Positions 31,957 to 42,027 of a DNA stretch of 64,000 bases are shown piece by piece. Source of the DNA: Candidatus Aminicenantes bacterium (GTDB lineage: Bacteria > Acidobacteriota > Aminicenantia > Aminicenantales > Saccharicenantaceae); the NCBI GenBank assembly GCA_014360015.1, contig JACIYJ010000003.1, forward strand, positions 140,821 through 204,820. The letters are read 5' to 3'. The notes below the pieces were generated by a model that was not told where the DNA came from, searched no databases, and saw only the letters and a list, made by a program, of their open reading frames with translations. Position 1 is the first letter of the stretch. Each line of letters starts with the position of its first letter. The translations under genes were made by a program, and so were the position numbers.

Positions 31957-32829
31957 ATGGCGGTTGAAAACAGATATCCACTGAACAAGCCATTGATAAC
32001 TTCTCTTCCATTTGATTCACCGGTTTTCCACCGACCAGAAAAAACCTTCCGACTTAAAACTAAATCAGGCAGAAAGTCTCTGCGCCTGAAGCATCTGGTG
32101 GTGCTGTTCCTGGTCATGATAGTTTTCTTTTTCGGTCTGGCTGAACTTTATTATTATGCCATCACCTGTGATCAGTTAAGGATAAAACGGGTTGAAGTTT
32201 TTTCATCTAACCCTGAAGTCCAGCAACTAGTCGAAAGTTTTTTGAGCAGCAAAAACTTGGGCAACATTCTGATCTGCGACCTGAATTATTTAAGGATTAT
32301 CCTCAGCCATCTGCCTGGAGTCAAGGATGTTCGGCTGGAAAAAGTCCTGCCCTCAACCCTCAAAGTGGAAGTCTTTCCCAGAATACCAAAAGCCTATGTT
32401 TATAGAGGAAGTTATTACCTTGTAGACGAAGAAGGCCAGGTTATTGCCAGCTTTGCCAGTCTGCCTGATGATTCTTTTCCAGTGTTTGAAGATGAAGATG
32501 GCTTTAGACAAGCTTATCAACAAAAAATCAGGTCAGCCTGCCATTTACTAAACAGTCTCCAGCCTGAGGTTCGGGCTCTGATCAAGAAAATAACTTTCAG
32601 GGAAGACGGAACAATGGAACTTCAACTGGCAGAGGACCCGGTTAAAATCATCCTGGATGAAACTGACTTTGCCGAAAAATTGAACTATTACTTGAGCAAC
32701 AAGAATTCCTGGACAGAATTATTCGGCGAGCTGGAGTATGTTGATCTCCGGATCGAAGGACGGGCTTACATCAAACCAGCCCCTCAGGCAGAAAATCAAC
32801 CGTCTGCTGGGAAAAAGGAGGTAAGTTAA
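31957..32829 (+). CDS. ftsQ: Cell division protein FtsQ/DivIB (POTRA domain)
   Basis: It has a single TM helix, a POTRA-like segment and a beta domain. Its position directly before ftsA is canonical. Confidence 0.75.
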   Translation: MAVENRYPLNKPLITSLPFDSPVFHRPEKTFRLKTKSGRKSLRLKHLVVLFLVMIVFFFGLAELYYYAITCDQLRIKRVEVFSSNPEVQQLVESFLSSKNLGNILICDLNYLRIILSHLPGVKDVRLEKVLPSTLKVEVFPRIPKAYVYRGSYYLVDEEGQVIASFASLPDDSFPVFEDEDGFRQAYQQKIRSACHLLNSLQPEVRALIKKITFREDGTMELQLAEDPVKIILDETDFAEKLNYYLSNKNSWTELFGELEYVDLRIEGRAYIKPAPQAENQPSAGKKEVS

Positions 32830-34049
32830 TGGCCAGAAATAATTATTTGGTTGGTCTGGACATCGGGACCAAAAAGACAGTCGCCATCATCGGGGAAATT
32901 ACCGAAGAACAGAAAGTGGAAATCATCGGTATCGGGGTGGCAGAATCACGCGGTATTCGTAAGGGCGTAGTGGTTAATCTCGACCAAACCATCTCGGCCA
33001 TAAAAAGAGCTCAAGAAGAAGCCGAGCTGATGGCCGGTGTGGAAATAGATTCGGCTTATGTTGGGATTTCGGGTTCTCATATCAAAAGCTTCAACAGCCG
33101 GGGCGTGGTGGCGGTCTCAGGAAAGAACCGGGAAATATCCAGAGAAGATATCCGTCGGGTTATCGATCAGGCCAGGGCTCTTTCCATTCCGCCTGATCGG
33201 GAAATCATCCATATCATTCCCCAGGAATTCATCGTGGATGAGCAAGATGGAATTAAGGACCCCCTGGGAATGAGCGGGATAAAATTAGAAGTCAACGTCC
33301 ATATCGTGACTTCAGCCATCACTTCGTTGCAGAATCTCAAAAACTGTCTGGAAAGAGCCGGGATTGGCCTTCAGGAAATCGTCCTGAATCAGATTGCCAC
33401 CAGCTATTCTGTTCTGACCCATGATGAGCGGGAACTCGGGGTAGGCTTGATTGATATCGGAGCAGGAACAACCGAAGTTGCCATCTTTGAAAGGGGCTCT
33501 CTCTGGTATACCTCAACCATTCCTCTCGGCGGTGATAATTTCACTAACGACATTGCTGTTGGCTTGAGAACACCGATTCCTGAAGCCGAAAAAATCAAGA
33601 AAAAATACGGCTGTGTGGCTCTGCCGATATCAGAAGAACAGGAAACCATCGAAGTCCCGACCGTAGGTAAAGGCCGAAAATCCCGGGTCCTTTCCCGGCA
33701 AATTCTGGCCGATATCATTCAACCGCGGGCCGAAGAAATTTTCAGGCTGGTCGATGCTGACATCAAACGAATGGGTTATGAAAAATCGCTAAATTCTGGA
33801 ATCGTCTTGACCGGAGGCACCGCTCTGCTGGATGGTCTGGAGGAAGTGGCTGAAGAAATCTTCGACCTGCCAGTAAGACGTGGGGACCCGAATTACGTCG
33901 GGGGGTTAATTGATCGGGTGAGTACCCCGGATTATGCCACTGCGGTTGGGCTCATCCTTTATGGCTACAACCAGATTCAAGAACGTGGTTTTTCTAAGGA
34001 TAAAAAGAAAAGTTTCTGGACCAGAATCAAAGATTGGTTCAATGAGTAA
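32829..34049 (+). CDS. ftsA: Cell division protein FtsA
   Basis: Actin-like ATPase motifs are present (VGLDIGT..., DIGAGTT, GGTA). A C-terminal amphipathic helix is included. Confidence 0.9.
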   Translation: MARNNYLVGLDIGTKKTVAIIGEITEEQKVEIIGIGVAESRGIRKGVVVNLDQTISAIKRAQEEAELMAGVEIDSAYVGISGSHIKSFNSRGVVAVSGKNREISREDIRRVIDQARALSIPPDREIIHIIPQEFIVDEQDGIKDPLGMSGIKLEVNVHIVTSAITSLQNLKNCLERAGIGLQEIVLNQIATSYSVLTHDERELGVGLIDIGAGTTEVAIFERGSLWYTSTIPLGGDNFTNDIAVGLRTPIPEAEKIKKKYGCVALPISEEQETIEVPTVGKGRKSRVLSRQILADIIQPRAEEIFRLVDADIKRMGYEKSLNSGIVLTGGTALLDGLEEVAEEIFDLPVRRGDPNYVGGLIDRVSTPDYATAVGLILYGYNQIQERGFSKDKKKSFWTRIKDWFNE

Positions 34050-34059
34050 GGAGGGCAAA

Positions 34060-35271
34060 ATGCGCGATGACTTTGGCAGTAAAATTAAGTTTCATTTAGC
34101 GGAAGAAAATCTCGGTGCTAAAATCAAAGTGATCGGAATCGGCGGTGGTGGGGGAAATGCCGTTAACCGGATGATCGAAGCCGGTATAGAAGGGGTGGAA
34201 TTTATCGCCATCAACACCGATAAACAGGCTTTGAGCAACAATCTGGCTCCCTTAAAAATACAAATTGGAAGCAAGCTGACCAAAGGATTGGGTTCAGGCG
34301 GCAACCCGGATATCGGCCGCCAGGCAGCTGAAGAAGATACCGATCGTCTGGCTGAAATCCTGGAGGGTGCTGACATGGTCTTCCTGACTGCCGGACTCGG
34401 TGGCGGAACCGGAACGGGCGCTACTCCGGTTATCGCCAACCTGGCTGCCGGGATGGAGATTCTGGTAATTGCCATAGTTACTATGCCTTTTGCCTTTGAA
34501 GGCCGGATTCGAGCCAGACAGGCAGAAGAAGGTCTACAGGAACTCAAGTCAGTGGTGGATACAGTCATTGCCATTCCCAATGAACGGCTGCTGGAAACAG
34601 TCAACTTGAATACCTCTATCCCCGATGCTTTCCGGATGGCCGATGACATTCTGCGGCAGGCAGCCCAGGGCATCTCGGACTTGATTACCAAACCCGGTCT
34701 GATCAACCTGGATTTTGCTGACGTCAAGTCAATCATGAAAGGTATGGGTATGGCTTTTATGGGTACCGGCATTGCTACGGGCGAAAACCGGGCTGTAGAA
34801 GCCGCTCAAAAAGCCATCAGCAGCCCGCTTTTGATTGACACCTCGATCGAAGGAGCCAAAGGAGTGCTCATCAACATCACCGGAGGAAAAGACATGACCC
34901 TGCACGAAGTTTCCAAAGCCTCGCAGCTGGTGACCAGCCTGGCTGACCCCGAAGCCAACATCATTTTCGGCACAGTTATTGATGAGAATATGCGTGATAC
35001 TATAAAAGTAACAGTCATTGCCACAGGATTTGACCGGAAAAAACCGAAGACAGCCACCCCAGAAGAAATCAGAAGAAACCTGACCAGAACTCAACCCTCT
35101 GTGCCGGTAAACACACCCACTCCTCCCTATGTTTTTGAGCCCAAGGGAGCTCGGGAGCCTATTATTGAGCCCAATCCGCCTCAAATCGACTGGAATGAGC
35201 TCAACACTCCGGCTTTTATCAGAAAAACCAGGCAATTCTCTCTGAGGAAAACGCCCAATGATTTACGCTGA
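34060..35271 (+). CDS. ftsZ: Cell division GTPase FtsZ
   Basis: AAGGAGG lies 6 nt upstream of the ATG at 34060. The tubulin signature GGGTGTG, the T7 loop and the conserved C-terminal peptide NTPAFIRK are present. The longer ORF-track start at 33934 overlaps ftsA and is rejected. Confidence 0.9.
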   Translation: MRDDFGSKIKFHLAEENLGAKIKVIGIGGGGGNAVNRMIEAGIEGVEFIAINTDKQALSNNLAPLKIQIGSKLTKGLGSGGNPDIGRQAAEEDTDRLAEILEGADMVFLTAGLGGGTGTGATPVIANLAAGMEILVIAIVTMPFAFEGRIRARQAEEGLQELKSVVDTVIAIPNERLLETVNLNTSIPDAFRMADDILRQAAQGISDLITKPGLINLDFADVKSIMKGMGMAFMGTGIATGENRAVEAAQKAISSPLLIDTSIEGAKGVLINITGGKDMTLHEVSKASQLVTSLADPEANIIFGTVIDENMRDTIKVTVIATGFDRKKPKTATPEEIRRNLTRTQPSVPVNTPTPPYVFEPKGAREPIIEPNPPQIDWNELNTPAFIRKTRQFSLRKTPNDLR

Positions 35272-36541
35272 TCTCGTGGTGACTGACATCGTCCAGTTAG
35301 TTACCTGTGCCGGTCAGGCACCCAGAACCGGGGAGCGGATGAAAGATGTCGGTCTTATAGAAAGAGCCTGGGTTGCCGGCCATCAGGGAAAAATAGTCTT
35401 TGTCGGTCAGGAAAAAGAATTCAGAGAAAAAGTTCAGCTGACCGATAAGGCCAAGGTGATCGAGGCTTCAGGCCTGGTTGGCCTGCCCGGTCTGGTTGAC
35501 TCCCATACTCACCTGCCCTTCGCTGGTGATCGGGAAAAAGAATTTTCCTTGAGGATTTCCGGCTACAGCTATCAGCAATTAGCTCAGATGGGTCTGGGAA
35601 TCCAGACGACAGTTAAAGCCACCAGGGCTATTTCTCCGGATGAGCTAAAAAAAATCTGCCTCAAAAGACTGGAAACCATGTTGCTTAATGGGGCCACCAC
35701 CATTGAGGCCAAAAGTGGTTATGGTCTAAATTTTGATGATGAAATCAAACAACTGGAGGTCTTAAAAGAATTAAATTCTGCCCAGCCAGTCAGCATCGTT
35801 CCCACCTTCATGGGAGCTCATGAAATTGCGCCCGAATATAAAAACAACCGTCGGGCTTACCTCGACCTGTTGAAAAAAGAAATAATGCCCGAGGTTAAAA
35901 AAAGAGGCCTGGCTGAATTTTTTGATATCTTCTGTGAACCTACGGTTTTCAACTTAGAAGAAACCAGAGAGCTGGCCACCGAGGCCCTTAACCTCGGCTA
36001 TAAACTTAAAATCCACGCCGACGAATTTGTGCCCATAGGCGGAACCGAGCTGGCTGTGGAGCTGGGTGCAAGATCAGTTGAACATCTGATCAACATCACA
36101 CCAGAAGGCATCGATAAACTCTCTAAAAGCCAGACAGTGGCTACTCTCCTACCCGGCGTTTCTTTCTTCCTGATGATGGAGAAGAAAGCTCCGGCCAGAG
36201 AGTTGCTGGATAAGGGAGTCATCGTGGCTCTGGCTACTGATTTTAACCCGGGAAGCTCACATCTAATGTCAATGCTTTTCGTCCTGCAGCTTGGGATTTT
36301 TACCTTAAGAATGACGGTTGAAGAAGCCATCAATGCCTGCACCATTAATGCCGCCTATGCTATTGACCGACATCAACAGGTCGGTTCTATCGAACCGGGA
36401 AAAGACTTTGATTTGATTCTCTGTGATATGTCTTCATACATATCTCTCGCCTATGAACTCGGCCGGAATCCAATAAAAATGGTGCTAAAACACGGTCAGG
36501 TAGTTGTCGAGGACGGCCGAGTTAAAGAAAAATTCATCTGA
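35258..36541 (+). CDS. Amidohydrolase-superfamily protein, imidazolonepropionase (HutI)-like
   Basis: The metal-binding [13 protein letters not shown] and a later HADE...D region are typical of HutI-like amidohydrolases. It overlaps the ftsZ 3' end by 14 nt. Confidence 0.65.
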   Translation: MIYADLVVTDIVQLVTCAGQAPRTGERMKDVGLIERAWVAGHQGKIVFVGQEKEFREKVQLTDKAKVIEASGLVGLPGLVDSHTHLPFAGDREKEFSLRISGYSYQQLAQMGLGIQTTVKATRAISPDELKKICLKRLETMLLNGATTIEAKSGYGLNFDDEIKQLEVLKELNSAQPVSIVPTFMGAHEIAPEYKNNRRAYLDLLKKEIMPEVKKRGLAEFFDIFCEPTVFNLEETRELATEALNLGYKLKIHADEFVPIGGTELAVELGARSVEHLINITPEGIDKLSKSQTVATLLPGVSFFLMMEKKAPARELLDKGVIVALATDFNPGSSHLMSMLFVLQLGIFTLRMTVEEAINACTINAAYAIDRHQQVGSIEPGKDFDLILCDMSSYISLAYELGRNPIKMVLKHGQVVVEDGRVKEKFI

Positions 36542-36595
36542 GGGGCTTGCCTTTTCCTTATTTTTACTTTTCCTACCTTTTTTTAATCTGATTAA

Positions 36596-37963
36596 TCAGA
36601 TTGCTGCCATTTTGCCAAATCTCTTTTCCAGGTTGCGTTTTCTAATGTAAAGAAAGAGTTCAATTAAATCTTTCCGTTTTAGCTCTTCGGTTTCCACAGC
36701 AAAAGCAGTTGAGCGGTACATATCCCAGTCATCTTTCAACTCAACCGGGAGGTTCAAACTCCGATGCAGCTCGCATCCCGGCGTTAGATAAAACACCGAA
36801 GGGCCAACCAGAAGGTCCAGCTCAAGGAGTTTTTCTGTGGTCTCTACGATTTCTTCCTTAGTCTGACCTGGAAGTCCAAGGATTAAATAGACAGTGACAA
36901 AAAAACCAAGCTTTCTGGCTGTTTGGAGTAGTTTCATAAATTCTGTTTCGTCTTTTTTCTGCGGTCGGTGGAATTTTTGCCTGAGAGTTGGATTGCCCGA
37001 AACCCAGGCTAAGTCGAGCTTCCTGACCCCTGCCTGCCTCATCAACCATAAAATGTCCTCATCCAGGTTCTCATAGCTGAGGCCGTTCATAAAAGTCAGC
37101 TCTATTCCTTCGAGGAGCTTGTCCCGGCTTACCGCCTGCAAAAACTCCACAAACCACTCCCGGTCAAAAGCCAGATTATCATCCTCAAAATTGAATATTC
37201 TCACTTGCCGCTGAAGATAATTCCAGCGCATTTCTTGGAGAATTGAAGCTATCGTTCGATATTCAATCTTTCGTCCAAAAACCAGATGAACATTACAAAA
37301 AGAACAGTGATGAGGACAGCCCCGGCTGGCTTGGAGAGAAATATAATTCTTTTTGCCTATCCGGTAATAATCCGGGTTAAGAAGATGGTGAGCCGGCCAG
37401 AGGTCTTTCCAGTCGATATGACTTTCCCCTGCTGTCTTTTCTTCCGAAGAAGATTTTTCTGCATAATTTTCTCTTAGATAAACCGGCAGGCTTATTTCTG
37501 CCTGGCCCCTGATGACTGCTTCAATCTCCGGCGTCCTGACTTTAATTCCCTCCGAGGCACAAGTGGCCTGATTTCCCCCCAATATGATCGGAATACTAAA
37601 CTTTGTCTTTAAGGCTCTGACCAGCTCATCAACGCTCCGGTAATAAGCAGCAAAGGAACAACTGATACCGATTAAATCCGGGGAAAATTCCCTGACCCTG
37701 GTTATTATTTTTTCCAGAGGCCAGCCAAACCGCCAGTACTGTTTGAAAAAATAAGGATTATCAAGATAGGGCTGGAGATAAGAAAATTTTTCAGGAAGAG
37801 GAATTCTGGTCTTTTTTAGCGGAGTCAGGCAATCGAGAATCTTCACCTCGAAGCCCAGAAGTTCAAACACTCTGGCCACATAAACCAATCCCAGGGGATA
37901 TAGACGAATGGGGGTGGTATAAAAATCTTCGATAGGCGGTTGTATGAGCAGAACTCTTCTCAT
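36596..37963 (-). CDS. B12-binding-domain radical SAM protein
   Basis: An N-terminal Rossmann-like B12-binding region is followed by the CPHHCSFCN (CxxxCxxC) radical-SAM cluster motif. Confidence 0.75.
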   Translation of the reverse strand: MRRVLLIQPPIEDFYTTPIRLYPLGLVYVARVFELLGFEVKILDCLTPLKKTRIPLPEKFSYLQPYLDNPYFFKQYWRFGWPLEKIITRVREFSPDLIGISCSFAAYYRSVDELVRALKTKFSIPIILGGNQATCASEGIKVRTPEIEAVIRGQAEISLPVYLRENYAEKSSSEEKTAGESHIDWKDLWPAHHLLNPDYYRIGKKNYISLQASRGCPHHCSFCNVHLVFGRKIEYRTIASILQEMRWNYLQRQVRIFNFEDDNLAFDREWFVEFLQAVSRDKLLEGIELTFMNGLSYENLDEDILWLMRQAGVRKLDLAWVSGNPTLRQKFHRPQKKDETEFMKLLQTARKLGFFVTVYLILGLPGQTKEEIVETTEKLLELDLLVGPSVFYLTPGCELHRSLNLPVELKDDWDMYRSTAFAVETEELKRKDLIELFLYIRKRNLEKRFGKMAAI

Positions 37964-37988
37964 CTACAGGCTTTAACTGAAGAGATTC

Positions 37989-39356
37989 TCAGACCTTCTG
38001 TTTCCTTTTCCAGTAAAAATAAGCTGGGATTCCCAGGAGAATGATGGCCAGCCCGGCCAGAGAATTCCAGAATTCTTTGAGCAGAGAGTTCAGCGAAATC
38101 AGAAAAGCAGCCAGGACAAAAATAGCTGGCGTGACCGGGTAACCCCAGGTTTTGTATGGTCTCGGCAGGTCAGGCCTCTTTTTCCTTAAGACAAAGACCG
38201 CAGCTACGGTCAGGCCAAAAAACAGCCACTCGCCGAAAACTACATAGGTAAAAAGTTGCTCGAAAGTTCCTGAAAGACTTAGGACAATACTCCAGAGGCT
38301 GATGGCAATGATAGAAACATGCGGAGTCAGAAAGCGGGGATGGATTCTGGCAATTCCCTGGAAAAATAGCCGATCACGGGACATAGCAAAATAGACTCTG
38401 GGTGAACAGAGCAGGTTCTGGTTGGCCGCACCCAAGATGGAAAACAATATGACAAAAGAAATGATGGAAGCACCGGCCGGTCCGACTGCAGCCAGCATAG
38501 CATCGGCAGCCACTCGTTTGGAGCTGGCAATGGCCGAAGTCGGCAGCACATATAGATAAGCCAAATTGGCTAAAATATAAATAACAATGACGCCGGCCAA
38601 CCCGATTAATATGCCGAGTGGCAAGTTTCTCTCTGGATGTTTAACCTCTCCAGCACTGTAACTGGCTGATTCCCAGCCTTTGTAAGCCCAGAAGGTGGCC
38701 ACCATGGCTACACCGAAACTGCTCAGTAGACTCAAAGAAAACTTACCAGGAGCAGGCGAAAAAAAATTTTCCGGGTTGCCTCGGCCGAAGAAGAAAATCG
38801 TGGCGCAGATTCCCACTATGGCTCCGGTTTTGATCAAAGTCAGCAAATTCTGCAAATTGGCCCCCCAGCGCACGCCGATGTAATTCACCGCAGCCAGGAA
38901 AACGATAAAAACTACTGCCACTATTTTGGACATGAGCGAAGTCATCTTGAAGAAATAAGAAAGATAATTGGCAGAGAAAGCCACAGCCAGTGTAGCAATG
39001 GCTCCGGAATCAATCACCAAGAAGAGCGTCCAGCCAAAAAGAAAAGACAAAAGCGGACCATAAGCTTCCCTCAGATAAATATACATGCCACCAGCTTCAG
39101 GCATAGCTGCTCCCAGTTCGGCAAAAGCTAAGGCTCCCAAGAAGCTGAGGAAACCGCCAACCACCCAGACCGCCAGCATCAACAGCGGAGAATTGACTTC
39201 GGAAGCAATTTTTGACGGCACTAAGAAGATTCCCGAGCCAATGACCCCACCGATGACAATAGAAACCAAATCCAGACGGTTTAAAACTCTGGGTAACCGG
39301 TCGGGATGTTTCCGTTCTTCCAACAGATTATTTTCCATGGGCAACCATCCTTCCAC
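37989..39356 (-). CDS. APC-family amino acid permease
   Basis: A 12-TM protein whose N-terminal motif LVSIVIGGVIGSGIFLVPS is typical of amino acid/polyamine/organocation transporters. Confidence 0.8.
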   Translation of the reverse strand: MEGWLPMENNLLEERKHPDRLPRVLNRLDLVSIVIGGVIGSGIFLVPSKIASEVNSPLLMLAVWVVGGFLSFLGALAFAELGAAMPEAGGMYIYLREAYGPLLSFLFGWTLFLVIDSGAIATLAVAFSANYLSYFFKMTSLMSKIVAVVFIVFLAAVNYIGVRWGANLQNLLTLIKTGAIVGICATIFFFGRGNPENFFSPAPGKFSLSLLSSFGVAMVATFWAYKGWESASYSAGEVKHPERNLPLGILIGLAGVIVIYILANLAYLYVLPTSAIASSKRVAADAMLAAVGPAGASIISFVILFSILGAANQNLLCSPRVYFAMSRDRLFFQGIARIHPRFLTPHVSIIAISLWSIVLSLSGTFEQLFTYVVFGEWLFFGLTVAAVFVLRKKRPDLPRPYKTWGYPVTPAIFVLAAFLISLNSLLKEFWNSLAGLAIILLGIPAYFYWKRKQKV

Positions 39357-39447
39357 AACTTTTTCCTAATTTTATCAGGCAATCGAGACAAGAGCAAAAA
39401 ATACCTTGATTGGTTATAAGGCCTTTTAATTCTGAGAGGGTTCTAAT

Positions 39448-40962
39448 TCAGAATCTGTCCATTATTCGGTACTGAATGGCTTCAGCTACAGCGGCAGCTG
39501 ATATTTTTTCTTCTCCGGCTAAATCAGCAATGGTTCTGGCTACTTTCAAAATTCGGTCATAAGCTCTGGCACTGAACCGGAATCGCTTCATGGCTGTTTC
39601 CATCAATCTGTCGCCATCGGAGTCGAGCAAACAGAAGTGACGAATGTCCCGAGAATTCATCTGAGAATTAGCAAAGATCTTTCTTCCCTTAAACCTTTCC
39701 CACTGAATTCTTCTGGCTGCTGAAACTCTTTTTCTGATTTCGGCCGATGGTTCCCCTGGTGGCTTTCCGATTATGTCCTGGTATTTGACTGAGGGCACTT
39801 CGACCTGAATGTCTATCCGGTCCAGAAGCGGTCGGGAAAGTCGGGAATAATATTTTCTTCTTTCTATCTCAGTGCAATTGACTTCTCCACCAGAACCGAG
39901 AAAAACATCGGCACAAGGGTTCATGGCGGCCACCAGCATGAAAGAGCAGGGATAGGTTATACTCGATGAGACGCGAGAAATGGTCACCTGACCATCTTCT
40001 AAGGGTTGTCGCAGACTCTCCAGGGCCTGACGGCTGAATTCCGGGAATTCATCCAGGAAAAGAACTCCCCGATGAGCCAGGCTGACTTCTCCAGGACGAG
40101 GATAATTGCCTCCTCCGACGAGGCCGGTATCGGTAATGGTATGGTGGGGAGACCTGAATGGCCTCTGGCTAATGGCTGATCTATCGCCCAGGAGACCAGC
40201 CGCACTGTAAATTTGAGTGACTTCGATGATTTCTTCGAAGGCCATTTCTGGTAGAATTGTCGGCAACCGCCTGGCCAACATGGTCTTTCCTGAACCTGGG
40301 GGGCCGATCATCAGGAGGTTGTGACCTCCGGCCGCAGCCACCTCTAAGGCTCTCTTGGCCTGGTGCTGCCCCCTGACTTCGGAAAAATCCAGCTCAGACG
40401 GGCTTTCTCCGATAAGTTCGGGCAGGGAATACTTGGCCGGCTTTATCTCGTCTGAACCACCCAGCAGTTTAACCACTTCCAACAAATGGCGGAGGCCATA
40501 GACCGGAAAGTTCTGAACAAGGCAGGCCTCTTTTTCGTTTCTTTTTGGCAGGACCAGTCCGGCAAATTTTTTCTTACTGGCCAGAAGAGAGAAAGGTAGG
40601 GCTCCCCGCACCGCTTTCAAACTGCCTTCCAGAGTCAATTCACCAACAAAGAGATACTGAGTCAGTTTCTCAGCGGATATGGTCCCGAGAAAAGCCAAAA
40701 GTCCAAGAGCAATCGGCAGGTCGAAAGAGGAGCCTTCCTTCTTTCGGCTGGCCGGAGCTAAGTTGATGATGATTTTCTTCGCCGGAAAATCAAAGCCGCA
40801 ATTCCGCAGAGCTGTCCTGACTCTTTCTTTACTCTCACGCACAGCCGCATCCGGCAGGCCGACGATGATAAAAGCTGGTAAACCCTGAGAGATGTCTACC
40901 TCCACATCTACCAAATAAGCCTCAATTCCGTGAAGAGAAGCACTCGGGATTCTTATAAGCAT
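39448..40962 (-). CDS. comM: YifB/ComM family Mg-chelatase-like AAA+ ATPase
   Basis: A Lon-like N-terminal domain is followed by Walker A GPPGSGKT, Walker B LFLDEFPEF and the ChlI-type C-terminus. Confidence 0.85.
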   Translation of the reverse strand: MLIRIPSASLHGIEAYLVDVEVDISQGLPAFIIVGLPDAAVRESKERVRTALRNCGFDFPAKKIIINLAPASRKKEGSSFDLPIALGLLAFLGTISAEKLTQYLFVGELTLEGSLKAVRGALPFSLLASKKKFAGLVLPKRNEKEACLVQNFPVYGLRHLLEVVKLLGGSDEIKPAKYSLPELIGESPSELDFSEVRGQHQAKRALEVAAAGGHNLLMIGPPGSGKTMLARRLPTILPEMAFEEIIEVTQIYSAAGLLGDRSAISQRPFRSPHHTITDTGLVGGGNYPRPGEVSLAHRGVLFLDEFPEFSRQALESLRQPLEDGQVTISRVSSSITYPCSFMLVAAMNPCADVFLGSGGEVNCTEIERRKYYSRLSRPLLDRIDIQVEVPSVKYQDIIGKPPGEPSAEIRKRVSAARRIQWERFKGRKIFANSQMNSRDIRHFCLLDSDGDRLMETAMKRFRFSARAYDRILKVARTIADLAGEEKISAAAVAEAIQYRIMDRF

Positions 40963-41009
40963 GATTGCAGAAAGAAAGACGAAGAAAAGGCGAATGGATT
41001 CTCAGGGAG

Positions 41010-41867
41010 TTACTTTTTCTTGGTCAGACCGAATTCCTTAGACAGGCGTTCGATTTCCCGTTCAATGTCTTCAATCGACTGGACTTTGATTTTGGTCGTG
41101 GGAAAGGGGACTTCATCACCGGGTTTGACAAATTCTATCTTAAGTTCTTCTGGTTTCTTCTCTGCCTTTTTTCGGGCTGGAGTTTCCCCGGCTGTTTTAA
41201 TATCAGCTCCTGAGGCAACCATTTCTGCCGGCCGAGGACCTTCTGGTTCTGCTTTTTCCGGAGTTGGTATTTTTTCCCCAAAAATTCTGGCTCTGACCAC
41301 CGGGACTGTCAGCCGGGCTATTTCTTTGAGAGTCTCGAGCACCCCACGCCCGTTGATGGCTTCGGCTTCAATGTAAGGAGCATTGCGGTGGTTTAACAGC
41401 CGGTTGAAAGTTTCCACCGGAATCAGATTCGGCAGGTCACGTTTGTTGTATTGAAAAACCAGGGGAATCTGGTTGAGATCTATGTTTTGTTCTAAGCAGT
41501 TCCTTCGCAGACCGTCAAAGCTTTCCAGGTTAGCCTCGAGAAGAGGCAACTGAGAGTCAGCCACAAAAACTATGCCATCAGCCCCTTTGAGAACACTTTT
41601 TCTCGAAGCTTCATAAAATACCTGACCGGGGACGGTCAGCAGTTGAAAATGAACCTTAAAATCTTTAATCAATCCAGCCTTTATAGGCAAAAGATCAAAA
41701 AAGAAAGTTCTTTCGGTTTCGGTTTCCAGGCAGACCAGCTCACCGCGATAAGCTGGCTCAAGCTTGAAATAAATATACCTGAGGTTGGTGGTCTTCCCGC
41801 TCAGGCCAGGTCCATAGTAGACAATCTTGATAGCGATATTCTTAGTTACATAGTTGACATAAGCCAT
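41010..41867 (-). CDS. MglA-like Ras-superfamily small GTPase with a roughly 90-aa K/E/P-rich C-terminal extension
   Basis: AYVNYVTKNIAIKIVYYGPGLSGKTTNL...LLTVPGQVFYEASR...QYNKRDLPN aligns along the whole length of MglA (mutual gliding-motility protein A). GGGGAG lies 9 nt upstream of the ATG at 41867. The tail (from GEKIPTPEKAEPEG to GLTKKK) has no MglA counterpart. Confidence 0.8.
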   Translation of the reverse strand: MAYVNYVTKNIAIKIVYYGPGLSGKTTNLRYIYFKLEPAYRGELVCLETETERTFFFDLLPIKAGLIKDFKVHFQLLTVPGQVFYEASRKSVLKGADGIVFVADSQLPLLEANLESFDGLRRNCLEQNIDLNQIPLVFQYNKRDLPNLIPVETFNRLLNHRNAPYIEAEAINGRGVLETLKEIARLTVPVVRARIFGEKIPTPEKAEPEGPRPAEMVASGADIKTAGETPARKKAEKKPEELKIEFVKPGDEVPFPTTKIKVQSIEDIEREIERLSKEFGLTKKK

Positions 41868-41886
41868 CTGCATTATCTCCCCGCTC

Positions 41887-41901
41887 TGATAATTGTTATC
41901 A
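41887..41901. promoter_or_regulatory. Fur-family-type 7-1-7 inverted repeat TGATAAT-T-GTTATCA just upstream of the mglA-like gene
   Basis: It matches the Bacillus-type Fur/PerR/Zur 7-1-7 consensus TGATAAT-N-ATTATCA at 13 of 14 positions. It lies 5 nt upstream of the RBS of 41010..41867 and in the divergent region shared with 42028..42498. Confidence 0.4.
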
Positions 41902-42027
41902 TAGCCATATAGATTTAGTCAACAAATATTGAATTTAATTGAGAATTTTGTTTAATTTGAAAAGAGCTGAGGTCTGTGGTATTTTTTAAACTAAAAAAGA
42001 CACATTTTAGGGGAGCGGAGAAAACCA

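Noticed and set aside
33934-34059. Longer ftsZ ORF starting at 33934 (MPLRLGSSF...)
   Set aside because: It overlaps the ftsA 3' end in another frame, encodes a non-conserved basic peptide and lacks an RBS. The ATG at 34060 has AAGGAGG at ideal spacing and begins the conserved FtsZ N-terminus.
34092-35235. Minus-strand ORFs of 226 aa and 168 aa inside ftsZ, and many similar antisense ORFs (e.g. 70..297, 3115..3417, 6441..6800, 7218..7775, 12252..12815, 24695..25097, 27756..28162, 44741..45169, 50013..50432)
   Set aside because: These are shadow ORFs lying opposite strongly supported conserved genes. Their translations are low-complexity or S/R/P-rich with no recognisable motifs.
36586-36603. 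18-bp perfect AT-rich palindrome AATCTGATTAATCAGATT between the convergent hutI-like and rSAM genes
   Set aside because: It overlaps the rSAM stop codon, is very AT-rich and so forms an unstable stem, and has no flanking U-run in the right orientation for either gene. It is probably fortuitous or at most a weak bidirectional pause site.
40930-41376. Plus-strand ORFs 40930..41376 and 40965..41213 spanning the comM/mglA junction
   Set aside because: They are antisense to the comM start and the MglA tail, overlap each other, and are compositionally atypical. They are most likely spurious.
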